This document shows positions 45,914 through 55,142 of a stretch of DNA of 64,000 nt, one piece after another. The DNA is taken from sequence record SRR22947725_1805, one strand, 5' to 3'. Each line of letters begins with the position of its first letter. Positions within the stretch are counted from its first letter, which is position 1. The notes under the pieces are model-generated. The model saw only the letters and a list, made by a program, of their open reading frames with translations. It made no database searches and was not told the DNA's origin. Position numbers and translations under genes: made by a program.

Positions 45914-46968
45914 ATCACGACGCGCTGAGAGCACTGCTGCAGAAGGCGGCACCTCAACTGATGGAGCTGGAGTACGAAACCTGGAACTTTGGAGATTCGA
46001 CGGGTTTCGAAGCCATGATTCGCTCCGCTGACACGCTGAACTCAGAGGATTTGCGAAACTTTGCCTACGGCTGGTTCCGCTCCTGGGCCACGCGCGCCCA
46101 GCCCTACGAGCGTCTCGACTGCACTGCGCCTGGCCTCGCCATCGTGTTGGCAGCGGAGAGAGCAAAAAACCAGAGTTTGCTCGATGCTGCTCTGGGGCTT
46201 GCGGACTATCTCACCAGCCGCCGAAAAATTGGTGCTGTGTATGAAACGTGGGAGCGCTCCCCCCTGATGGCGCCCTACGGGGGAGAGGAACTCCCGGAGG
46301 AAGAAAAGGCGATTCTTGACTCTCGACCCGGGGGTTTCTTCGTCGACTGTCTTCACTTTGATCCTCCTTTCTTCGCTGCTTTGGCTCGCGTGACGGGGGA
46401 TGAGAGGTGGCGACAAGAGGCACTGGAGCAAGCCGAAGGATATATCCGAGCCCTCCAGAAGCCTTCGGGGCTTTTTGACCATTTCGTGTTGGATGGTTGG
46501 CCAGACCGGACCTTCGGTCCCGGCTGGGGTCGCGGACAAGGGTGGGCACTCTTGGGCTTGGTTGATGTCGTCGAGCAACTCCATCTAGATTCCGATCACG
46601 AGGTGGCCCGCTCTGCAGTGTCCTTGATCGACGCCATGGTGACACTGCAATCCTCGGATGGGAGCTGGCCGGTCGTGATTACACATCCCGAGTCCGGCGA
46701 GGAGCCCAGCACTGCTGCCTTCATGGCGACAGGGTTCCTGAGAGCGCTCAAATTGGGGCTGGTCTCAGGTGACGAGGTTAGGCAATCTGCCGAGCGCGCC
46801 CTGGAATCTGTGATGAGTCAGTGCGATGACCAGGGACTACTCTCGGGTGTTTCGCGGGCCGTGATGGCGTGCACCAGAGCATCACACTACGGCCACGTCC
46901 CCCGCGGTTTCAATGTTCCGTGGGGGCAAGGCCCTCTTGTCCTCGCACTATGCGAAGCTTTGGAGTGA
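45901..46968 (+). CDS. GH88/GH105-family (alpha/alpha)6 protein, copy 2
   Basis: WNFGD, FFVDCLHF, GLFDH, WGRGQGW, EPSTAAF, WGQG; no signal peptide. Confidence 0.8.
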   Translation: MDTMNHDALRALLQKAAPQLMELEYETWNFGDSTGFEAMIRSADTLNSEDLRNFAYGWFRSWATRAQPYERLDCTAPGLAIVLAAERAKNQSLLDAALGLADYLTSRRKIGAVYETWERSPLMAPYGGEELPEEEKAILDSRPGGFFVDCLHFDPPFFAALARVTGDERWRQEALEQAEGYIRALQKPSGLFDHFVLDGWPDRTFGPGWGRGQGWALLGLVDVVEQLHLDSDHEVARSAVSLIDAMVTLQSSDGSWPVVITHPESGEEPSTAAFMATGFLRALKLGLVSGDEVRQSAERALESVMSQCDDQGLLSGVSRAVMACTRASHYGHVPRGFNVPWGQGPLVLALCEALE

Positions 46969-47690
46969 TGAAGACCGCAATTGTCACAGGTGCTGCTTCG
47001 GGTATTGGGTTGGCGACCACTCGGCAGCTAGTCGAGGCTGGTTACCGGGTCCACGCGGTGGATCGGGCCGAGGACGGTTTATCTCGTGAGAGTAAAAACC
47101 ACGACTCTTCCTCGTTCATCCCCCACGTCGGAGATGTCAGTGATGAACAGCTCTGGTCGAGCCTTTCCGCTGCGGTTGACGGTCAGGTGGATGTCCTTGT
47201 GCACAACGCCTTTGCTCTGCATCTCAAGCCACTCCACCTGCAGACGAAAGATGAATGGACTCTGCAGTGGGAGGTGATGGTGGGGGCAGTGTTTTATTCG
47301 GTGGCTCATCTGCACGATGCCCTCCTGAGCGCGTCAGGGTCGATGGTGTTGGTCTCGAGTGTCCATTCCCGGATCGGCATTCCAGGCCACCCCGCATACG
47401 CGGCGGCCAAAGGAGCCCTGAATGCGCTTGCCCGGCAGCTTGCAGTCGAGTACGGTCCCAGAATTCGCGTCAATTCCGTGATACCCGGTCCCATTCGCAC
47501 CCCGGTCTGGGATTCCGCTTCGAAGGAGGATCTTGCTCAGGTCGCTCACCAAACACCTCTTGGCCGTTTAGGTGACCCAGACGAGGTTGCACGCGTGATT
47601 TGTTTTCTTGGGTCCACAGACTCGAGTTATATCCACGGCGCTGAGATTGTTGTCGACGGCGGTTGGAGCATCGCCAAAGACTCGCGCTGA
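46968..47690 (+). CDS. SDR oxidoreductase
   Basis: TGAASGIG, HNA, SSVH..YAAAK, VVDGG. Confidence 0.88.
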   Translation: MKTAIVTGAASGIGLATTRQLVEAGYRVHAVDRAEDGLSRESKNHDSSSFIPHVGDVSDEQLWSSLSAAVDGQVDVLVHNAFALHLKPLHLQTKDEWTLQWEVMVGAVFYSVAHLHDALLSASGSMVLVSSVHSRIGIPGHPAYAAAKGALNALARQLAVEYGPRIRVNSVIPGPIRTPVWDSASKEDLAQVAHQTPLGRLGDPDEVARVICFLGSTDSSYIHGAEIVVDGGWSIAKDSR

Positions 47691-47733
47691 TTATGCTCAT
47701 GTGTATGCACCACCGCAGGGAAATGGAGCTGTA

Positions 47734-48432
47734 ATGGCTCGACTCCGTGGCCTGTCTCCCGAGATAGCGGGGGATTTGGGCAGAAAAATTATTTCCGGGG
47801 AGCTCCCCGAGGACAGCACCTTTCGACTTCAGGATGTCGAGGGTTGGTATGGGGTGAGTGTCACTGTTGCCCGAGAAGTCATGCACGCTTTGCAAAGCAA
47901 AGGTCTCGTTGAAGCCCGTCCTCGCCGGGGGATCACCGTCCTGGGACGGGACTCGTGGGACCTTTTGGATGCTGATGTGTTGCAGTGGCACGAGAACCAC
48001 CTGGGCCACATCATCGCCGACTTGGAGGAGTCCCGACTGCTGATTGAACCCTGGGCGGCAAAAACTGCAGCGATAGCAGGCTCCCCGGGAGATATTCAGC
48101 GGTTGCGCGAGGCCATGACCGCGCTGACTGTTGCCGCAGATTCAGCCGATGTCGCCGCCATGACACGGGCCGACCTGGCCTTCCACCGAGTCTTGCTCGA
48201 GGTCAGCGGGAATTCGATTCTCTCCCGCATTGGCCGAGTCATTGAGCCGGCACTGAGGCGCCGTGACGAACTCACCCTGCACGACAAAAAACGCGAAGAC
48301 CTCACCTTTCTGCCCCTTCATGAGGGAATTGTGGCGGCCATTGAACGGCGAGAGCCAGAGGCAGCGGAGATCGCCGCAACCCTGCTCATTACCGAGAGTG
48401 GCTCTGACAGCTCTCAAGTCCTCGGACGATGA
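47734..48432 (+). CDS. FadR/GntR family regulator (DgoR-like)
   Basis: GVSVTVAREVM..KGLVEARPRRG, WDLLDADVLQW, RLLIEP, DLAFH, SGN. Confidence 0.88.
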   Translation: MARLRGLSPEIAGDLGRKIISGELPEDSTFRLQDVEGWYGVSVTVAREVMHALQSKGLVEARPRRGITVLGRDSWDLLDADVLQWHENHLGHIIADLEESRLLIEPWAAKTAAIAGSPGDIQRLREAMTALTVAADSADVAAMTRADLAFHRVLLEVSGNSILSRIGRVIEPALRRRDELTLHDKKREDLTFLPLHEGIVAAIERREPEAAEIAATLLITESGSDSSQVLGR

Positions 48433-48472
48433 CGATCCTGAGGGGAAACGTGGTTCCCTCCGAGGCGTCACG

Positions 48473-48772
48473 ATGAATGTTTCTCGGCTGGGAGCAACGG
48501 ATCTCATGGTCAGTGACCTGAGTTTGGGCACGATGACCTTTGGGAAAGAAGCGGATGAGCAGACTGCTCATCACCTTCTGGATACGTTCGTCGGCGCCGG
48601 TGGAACCATGATCGATACCGCGGATCGATATGCGATGGGTCTGAGTGAGGAAATCATCGGGCGCTGGGTAGAAAAGTCGGGCCATCGCGATCGTGTCATT
48701 CTGGCCACCTTAGATCGGAAAATGGCCTCATCCGCCGCCGCGTATTGCGTGGTGCTGGTGGGGCCCGAATAA
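48473..48772 (+). pseudogene. truncated aldo/keto reductase (N-terminal ~80 codons only)
   Basis: RLGATDLMVSDLSLGTMTFG, DTADRY, SEEIIG, RDRVILAT; similarity stops at ~48709 where the catalytic Lys of ATK should be, with a stop at 48772. Confidence 0.85.
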
Positions 48773-48952
48773 GACAGCTGGGGGACGCGGTGGACTAAAG
48801 GTTTTCCACAACGCGGGAAGCTCATCACTTCAGTGCGCTTGCCCGTGTTTCCGCCTCTTATTCGGGTGTGACTCCGTTTCACCTTTCTCTCGGTGAAGCC
48901 AATGATCGCGTGCATCGGCTAGCGTGAACTGATTACCTGACCCTGTCCGGGA

Positions 48953-49678
48953 GTGAAGATGAAAACCAAAGTTGTTGCCTCTGCCGCCGAAGCCCTTGCC
49001 GAGCGCGTGAAGGATGGCATGACCATCGCGGTGGGGGGTTTTGGCCTCTCCGGGATACCCACAAACCTTATTCAGGCCCTGCGCGATTCCGGGGCAAGTG
49101 ACTTGACCATCGTCTCCAACAACATGGGGGTCGATGGCAAAGGGTTGGGGCTTGTCCTAGAAAACAAACAGGTCAGTCGGGTCTTAGCTTCCTACGTGGG
49201 CGAAAACAAGCTCTTTGCCGAACAGTTCCTCGACGGGTCTCTGGAAGTGGAATTTGTTCCCCAGGGGACGCTTGCAGAGCGGCTCCGCGCCGGCGGCGCA
49301 GGAATCCCCGCCTTTTATACGCCCACCGGCGTGGGCACGCCGGTGGCAGAAGGTAAAGAAGTGCAAGTTTTTGATGGCGTCACGGCCATTCTTGAACGAG
49401 GAATCACGGCTGACATTTCTTTGGTCCGGGCATATCAGGCAGATCGGGAGGGAAATCTGACTTATCGGCTGACTGCGAGGAATTTCAATCCCTTGGTTGC
49501 TGCCGCTGGCCGCTTCACCGTCGCCGAAGCAGAGTCGGTGGTTGATGATTACCTGACGCCAGACGCGGTGATGACACCGGGAATCTATGTCCAGGCCGTC
49601 GTGGTCGTCGACGATTCGGTGAAACACATTGAACAACGCACCACACGTGGTGAAAGGAATGCAGCAGATGTGGACTAG
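48953..49678 (+). CDS. scoA: 3-oxoacid CoA-transferase subunit A (ScoA/PcaI family)
   Basis: [45 protein letters not shown]. Confidence 0.88.
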   Translation: MKMKTKVVASAAEALAERVKDGMTIAVGGFGLSGIPTNLIQALRDSGASDLTIVSNNMGVDGKGLGLVLENKQVSRVLASYVGENKLFAEQFLDGSLEVEFVPQGTLAERLRAGGAGIPAFYTPTGVGTPVAEGKEVQVFDGVTAILERGITADISLVRAYQADREGNLTYRLTARNFNPLVAAAGRFTVAEAESVVDDYLTPDAVMTPGIYVQAVVVVDDSVKHIEQRTTRGERNAADVD

Positions 49679-50330
49679 AGACGAAATGGCAGCCATCGCG
49701 GCAAGCGAGCTTCAGGATGGCCAATATGTGAACCTCGGCATTGGGATCCCCACCCTTGTTGCTAACCATCTCCCCGCAGGTGTCGACGTCACCTTGCAGT
49801 CTGAAAACGGAATCTTAGGCATGGGTCCTTTCCCCTTTGATGGGGAAGAGGATGCTGACCTCATCAACGCGGGCAAGCAAACAGTGACACTGCTTCCCGG
49901 CGCCAGTATTTTTGACTCCGCCACCTCCTTTGGCATGATCCGTGGCGGGCATGTCCAGGTTGCGATTCTGGGTGCACTGGAGGTTTCCGAACACGGTGAT
50001 CTCGCTAACTGGACCATTCCTGGAAAAATGGTCAAGGGAATGGGAGGTGCGATGGATCTCGTCGCCGGCACACCCCGCGTCATCGTGTTGACCGACCATG
50101 TCTCCAAAGACGGCTCGCCCAAGATCGTGAAGCACTGCAGCCTGCCCTTGACCGGAGTGGGCGTTGTTTCCCGGATCATCTCTGACCAGGCCGTGTTCGA
50201 TATCGACGATGAGGGACTGGTTTTGGTGAGGAGTGCGCCAGGAGTTGACCTCGATTCGTTGCACGCCTGCACCGGAGCGCCGTTTCGCGTGGGACCCTCT
50301 TTCATGAGTGCAGAGCCTGCGCCATCATGA
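49659..50330 (+). CDS. scoB: 3-oxoacid CoA-transferase subunit B (ScoB/PcaJ family)
   Basis: [14 protein letters not shown] (catalytic Glu), [12 protein letters not shown]. Confidence 0.88.
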   Translation: MQQMWTRDEMAAIAASELQDGQYVNLGIGIPTLVANHLPAGVDVTLQSENGILGMGPFPFDGEEDADLINAGKQTVTLLPGASIFDSATSFGMIRGGHVQVAILGALEVSEHGDLANWTIPGKMVKGMGGAMDLVAGTPRVIVLTDHVSKDGSPKIVKHCSLPLTGVGVVSRIISDQAVFDIDDEGLVLVRSAPGVDLDSLHACTGAPFRVGPSFMSAEPAPS

Positions 50331-51496
50331 GCATCATTGTCGGCTACCGCAGAACCCCCTATGGCCGTCTTCTGGGTGGCCTTTCCACCCTCGCAGCCAG
50401 TGATCTCGGCGGTTATGCGCTGAGTGCCGCACTCGAGTCAGCCGGTGTGCCGGCTGACGACGTCGACTATGTGATTGCTGGCCAGGTGTTGCAAGCAGGG
50501 CAGGGACAAAACCCCGCCCGCCAGGCCGCCGTTACTGCTGGTCTGCCCTTGAGCACACCGGCCACCACACTGAATGCGGTGTGTCTTTCGGGAATGGAAG
50601 CCATCGTGGCGGGGCATCGCCTGATTGCCTCGGGGGAAGCCTCCATCGTGGCGTGTATCGGGCAAGAATCCATGTCACGCGCCCCACACGTTCTGCCCGG
50701 GTCGCGGGTGGGACAAAAATATGGCGCAATCGAAATGGTGGACACTCTTGAGCTTGATGGGCTCACCGATGCCATCCTCGGCCGCTCGATGGGCAGCGTC
50801 ACGGAAGAAGGAAACGCGGAGCGGTCTCTTTCGCGCCAAGCCCAGGATGCCTGGGCAGCGCTCTCCCACCAGCGAGCTGCCAAATCCAGGGATTTCTTCG
50901 CAGGAGAAATCACCCCGGTCACCATCGCGTCGCGTCGAGGCGATGTGACGGTATCCGAGGATGAAGGAATTAGAGCCGATTCTGATGAGGCGAGCATGGC
51001 CGCGTTGCGCCCTGCCTTTTCACGTGAGGGAACAATCACAGCGGGCAATGCGTCGCCCATTTCTGATGGGGCGGCTGCGGTGGTGTTGATGAGCGAGGCA
51101 GAGGCTCAGAGGCGCGGGATCACCGGGTTAGCAAGGATCATCGGGCATGCACTGGTGGGCGGTCCCGATACCCAACTCCACTCCCAGCCTTCCTTAGCCA
51201 TACGGCGAGCGCTCGAGCAAACGGGCCGAGAGGTTAAGGATGTAGCACTGGTGGAAATCAACGAAGCTTTTGCCTCGGTCGCGCTCCAGTCGATGGCTGA
51301 CCTGGGACTGTCCCAGGACAACGTGAATATCCACGGCGGCGCTATCGCGCTGGGTCACCCCATTGGCAGCTCTGGTGCCCGCATTGTCGGCACGCTTTCC
51401 AGGATGCTGGCCCAGCGCGAATCCGGAACCCTGGGTGCGGCTGGAATTTGCGGTGGTGGGGGTCAAGGATCTGCCATCATTCTCGAGGCTAGGTAA
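50327..51496 (+). CDS. acetyl-CoA C-acyltransferase (thiolase)
   Basis: [38 protein letters not shown]. Confidence 0.93.
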   Translation: MSIIVGYRRTPYGRLLGGLSTLAASDLGGYALSAALESAGVPADDVDYVIAGQVLQAGQGQNPARQAAVTAGLPLSTPATTLNAVCLSGMEAIVAGHRLIASGEASIVACIGQESMSRAPHVLPGSRVGQKYGAIEMVDTLELDGLTDAILGRSMGSVTEEGNAERSLSRQAQDAWAALSHQRAAKSRDFFAGEITPVTIASRRGDVTVSEDEGIRADSDEASMAALRPAFSREGTITAGNASPISDGAAAVVLMSEAEAQRRGITGLARIIGHALVGGPDTQLHSQPSLAIRRALEQTGREVKDVALVEINEAFASVALQSMADLGLSQDNVNIHGGAIALGHPIGSSGARIVGTLSRMLAQRESGTLGAAGICGGGGQGSAIILEAR

Positions 51497-51534
51497 AGGA
51501 TTTTCCCAACCCCCGCGGCGCCACCAATCAGGAC

Positions 51535-52257
51535 TTATTCGTGCGCCGTGCTCGGTCCTTCCAGGCGCACATGAAGCTCATCAATCCAAAGGGCGGCGAC
51601 TACGCGCTGGGATAGGGTGGCACTTCTCAGGTGGCCGCCTGATGTTCTGTCGGCACTAATCGCATGCAGGTGCAGACCGGGGATGGTAGCGCCGGTGCTG
51701 GCATCGGGGTATCGAAAGCCCACCAGGGTGCCCGACCACTGCTCAAAGGCGAACCGAGACTCAGCTTCGATTACTTCGTCCAGTGTTTCCCCCTCGTATT
51801 CGGGGGTCCCCACGGTCCGCAACAACACATCATTGAAGTTGCCCTCAATTTTGAGAGCACAGACCACCTGTTCGTGGTCGACATGGGTGTCTTTGAGGTA
51901 TCGATCGAGGGCACCTTTGATGCCTTCGAAATCGAGACCCTGCTCGAGGGGAAGGTAGTGTGCGATACCGCCGCGGGCGGCAATGCCAAAAGCGAGTGTG
52001 TCTGCCGGGGAAGCGATCTGAGGTCTTCCGTTTTCGGGAACAAACCAGGTGGTGCCGGAGATACTGATGACTTCGCCCCCTAGGTTATCCATGACCCCTA
52101 GCCCCAAAATGCTTCGGGAAAACTCAGCCTCGATGGTTGTTGTTCCCACAAAGTCACCGGCAAATAGTGAAGAGGCTTCGCGATCTTGGTCAACGTGACC
52201 GCGGCCCAGCCTGCCTAGTCGGCTCGCGCGAAGGGTTTGCAGGACAGCGTCAAACAT
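51535..52257 (-). CDS. budA: alpha-acetolactate decarboxylase family protein
   Basis: GLG..DNLGGEVI, GTLVGF, zinc motif HLHAISADRTSGGH; TAGGCT 7 nt upstream of the ATG. Confidence 0.78.
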   Translation of the reverse strand: MFDAVLQTLRASRLGRLGRGHVDQDREASSLFAGDFVGTTTIEAEFSRSILGLGVMDNLGGEVISISGTTWFVPENGRPQIASPADTLAFGIAARGGIAHYLPLEQGLDFEGIKGALDRYLKDTHVDHEQVVCALKIEGNFNDVLLRTVGTPEYEGETLDEVIEAESRFAFEQWSGTLVGFRYPDASTGATIPGLHLHAISADRTSGGHLRSATLSQRVVAALWIDELHVRLEGPSTAHE

Positions 52258-52443
52258 GCGAACCAGCCTAGGTGGGTGGCTAGCTCAAGGGCTCCGGCCC
52301 GCGCGGCTGGGGAGGGAACAAGAAGGGCGCGCGGCCACTCGCACGGGAGGAACGGTAGGCCTCACTGAGGGAGTTGCGGAGGGTCTTTAGCCCGCAGGAA
52401 CTTCGGGCACTCCTCGCCTGTCACACCGGCGTCGGGGGTGACT

Positions 52444-52470
52444 TTGTCATAACATAGTTTCAAACATGTC
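52444..52470. promoter_or_regulatory. candidate operator for the inositol GntR regulator
   Basis: TTGTCATAACAT (TGT-N4-ACA) and ACATGTC in an AT-rich patch just upstream of the GntR gene. Confidence 0.4.
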
Positions 52471-52487
52471 CCTTTGTTAGGTGCCCC

Positions 52488-53249
52488 GTGCGTAAAACTG
52501 AAGTACTTCTCCCTCACACTCTCTTTGCGGATTTAGACCGCGATGGCATTACGCCGCTTTATCAGCAGGTGGCCACAAAAATAGAGACCGCAATTCGCGA
52601 AGGGACGTTGCCCTCAGGTTCGCGAATTGAAAACGAAGTGTCCCTTGCGGAGCGTGTGAAACTGTCCCGTCCCACCATTCGCAGGGCGATTCAGTCGCTG
52701 GTGGATGCTGGGCTTGTGGTGAGGCGCCGCGGCGTCGGTAGCCAGGTTGTTCACGGTCAATTGACGAGAGGGTTGGAGTTGACCTCGCTGTTTGACGACA
52801 TCCGACGCGGTGGCGCCAAAGCTGAGACGGTTGTCGTCAGTTTGGAGACCGCGCCTGCACCGAACCATGTTGCTCAGCAGCTCGGTCTGGCACCTGGCAC
52901 GCTCGTCACTGAGTTTGTCCGGATTCGTTTGGCAGACGGTGTTCCCATAGCCCTGCTCCACAACTGGATTCCCCCGTCAGTGGGAACCATTAAGTCCGAA
53001 GAGCTCAAGTCAGATGGTCTCTATGAGACTCTGCGTCGAAGAGGGCTTGTCCCCCAGGTGGGAAAGCAAAAAATGAGTGCCCGCAAAGTGAACGCTCTCG
53101 AGGCTCAACAGCTGGACATTGATTCGGGTGCTGCCGTGCTCACCATGGAAAGAACCGCTTACGACTCGATGGGACATGCTCTCGAGCACGGCGAACACAT
53201 TTACCGAACTGACCTCTTCGCCTTGGAATTCACCGTTGTTAACAAGTAG
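52488..53249 (+). CDS. GntR/HutC family regulator (actinobacterial IolR-like)
   Basis: PLYQQV, ENEVSLAERVKLSRPTIRRAI..RRRGVG, ELTSLFDD, UTRA domain; adjacent to iol genes. Confidence 0.85.
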   Translation: MRKTEVLLPHTLFADLDRDGITPLYQQVATKIETAIREGTLPSGSRIENEVSLAERVKLSRPTIRRAIQSLVDAGLVVRRRGVGSQVVHGQLTRGLELTSLFDDIRRGGAKAETVVVSLETAPAPNHVAQQLGLAPGTLVTEFVRIRLADGVPIALLHNWIPPSVGTIKSEELKSDGLYETLRRRGLVPQVGKQKMSARKVNALEAQQLDIDSGAAVLTMERTAYDSMGHALEHGEHIYRTDLFALEFTVVNK

Positions 53250-53291
53250 TGCGGAGCGAGCGCGAGATGCGCCGCCCCGCAGTACCAGCTG

Positions 53292-55142
53292 CTAAATCCC
53301 TGGACGTTGAGCGCGTAGGCCCTCGTCCATGGCAGACCTGGCCGCGGTAACGCTGGCACGAGGCGATACTTCAGGAACCCCCACCTGCCAGAAGGCACCA
53401 CCTTCGGTGAAGTCTTTGGCGCGGACCTGTGTCACGATGACGGCGGTGTGATCGGCGGCACGGGCTTTGACAAGGGCTTTGGTAAACTCATCAAGGCTGG
53501 AGACCTCGAAGGTTTCTGCCCCCATGGCTGCTGCGTGAGCGCGGAAATCCACGCGAGCATCGGTTCCCGTTCCTGCGGAGTCAGCCAACATGTTGTTATA
53601 CGAAGCCCCACCCTGGCTGACCTGAAGCCTCTCGATCACGGCGTAACCCTCGTTGTCGCAGACAACGAGGATCATCTTGTGACCGGAGAGAACCGAGGCG
53701 TAGATGTCCTGGTTCATCATCATGTAGGAACCATCTCCCACCATGGAGTACACCTCGCCCCGGGGGCGTGCCATCGCAGCACCCCAGGCGCCGGATGTTT
53801 CGTATCCCATGCAGGAAAACCCGTATTCGCAGTCAAAGCTGGCGATGGCTTTGCTCATCCAGTTGATGTTCAGCTCACCCGGTAACCCACCGGCTGCGGT
53901 GAGGACGTAGTCCTCAGCTGTCGCCGATTCATGAACAAGACCGATGAGTTGGGCATAGCTGGGGGGCCAGACACCATCATCGGCAATCCGGGATGCCACA
54001 AATGTGTCCAGATCCTTGCGGCAGGCAACTGCGTGGTCGCGCCATGAAGAATCTACCGACCAGCCCTCAAGCGCTTGACTCAGTTCGAGCAGTGCTTCTT
54101 TGGCATCCGCGACCAGCGGAAGAGATTGGTGCTTCATCGCGTCAAAGCGGGCAGCGTTAATCCCCACAAACGTGGTGTCGGCATCAAAAAGTGTCCATGA
54201 CCCGGTGGTGAAGTCTTCCAGGCGCGTCCCCACCGCAAGGACAAGGTCAGCTTTGCTGACGACAGCGTTTGCCGCTGCGGCACCGGTGACACCGAGGGGG
54301 CCGGAGTACTGGGGGTGATCCGACAGTAGCGAAGATTTGCCCGCCACCGTTTCCACCACGGGAATCCCGAACTTCTCAGCGAACGCTGCGAGTTCGGCCT
54401 CTGCAAGGGAATAATGCACACCTCCGCCGGCGATAATCACCGGACGCTTCGCAGACCTAATCGCCGCCACAGCTTTGGCAAGCTGTGTGAGATCCGGGCG
54501 AGGTCTGGGGATGGTGTGAACGTGGGTATCGAAGAAGGCTTCGGGGAAGTCATAAGCCTCTGCCGCGATGTCTTGAGGGAGGCCGATAAAGGCTGGACCA
54601 CAGTCTCCTGGATCGAGCATGGTTGCAACAGCCTGGGGGAGCGAGCTAAGAATTTGCGCGGGGTGGGTAATCCGGTCCCAGTAGCGCACAACCGGCTTGA
54701 AAGCATCATTCACCGTGATGGAGGGTGTCCCGAAGTGCTCAACCTGTTGCAGCACAGGGTCAGGCAACCTCGACACAAATGTGTCGCCGGAAAGGAACAA
54801 CACCGGAAGACGGTTAGACATTGCGACCCCAGCGGCGGTGACCATGTTGGTGGCACCGGGACCAATCGAGGAAGTTGCCACCATGATTTGCTGGCGCCTG
54901 GATGCCTTCGCAAAGGCTGCGGCAGCGAGTCCCATGCCCTGTTCGTTCTGGCCACGCCAGACAGGAATCTCTTCGCGGTGGGTTTCCAGCGAGTGCCCCA
55001 GAGCGGTCACGTTTCCGTGACCGAAGATGCCATACACGCCCGGGAACAGCGGGACGTCCGTGCCATCAACGACGGTGCGCTGAGCAATCAGGTACCGCAC
55101 AATCGCTTCGGCTGGGGTGATGCGAAGTGTTTTAGGGGTCAT
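53292..55142 (-). CDS. iolD: 3D-(3,5/4)-trihydroxycyclohexane-1,2-dione acylhydrolase
   Basis: IFGHGNV, QNEQGM, SIGPG, PDPVLQQ, EYGFSCMGYE, ThDP motif GDGSY..N. Confidence 0.95.
   Translation of the reverse strand: MTPKTLRITPAEAIVRYLIAQRTVVDGTDVPLFPGVYGIFGHGNVTALGHSLETHREEIPVWRGQNEQGMGLAAAAFAKASRRQQIMVATSSIGPGATNMVTAAGVAMSNRLPVLFLSGDTFVSRLPDPVLQQVEHFGTPSITVNDAFKPVVRYWDRITHPAQILSSLPQAVATMLDPGDCGPAFIGLPQDIAAEAYDFPEAFFDTHVHTIPRPRPDLTQLAKAVAAIRSAKRPVIIAGGGVHYSLAEAELAAFAEKFGIPVVETVAGKSSLLSDHPQYSGPLGVTGAAAANAVVSKADLVLAVGTRLEDFTTGSWTLFDADTTFVGINAARFDAMKHQSLPLVADAKEALLELSQALEGWSVDSSWRDHAVACRKDLDTFVASRIADDGVWPPSYAQLIGLVHESATAEDYVLTAAGGLPGELNINWMSKAIASFDCEYGFSCMGYETSGAWGAAMARPRGEVYSMVGDGSYMMMNQDIYASVLSGHKMILVVCDNEGYAVIERLQVSQGGASYNNMLADSAGTGTDARVDFRAHAAAMGAETFEVSSLDEFTKALVKARAADHTAVIVTQVRAKDFTEGGAFWQVGVPEVSPRASVTAARSAMDEGLRAQRPGI

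Noticed and set aside
52258-52440. Possible riboswitch or ncRNA in the budA-GntR intergenic region
   Set aside because: Only weak GC-rich stems; no recognisable conserved aptamer motif.
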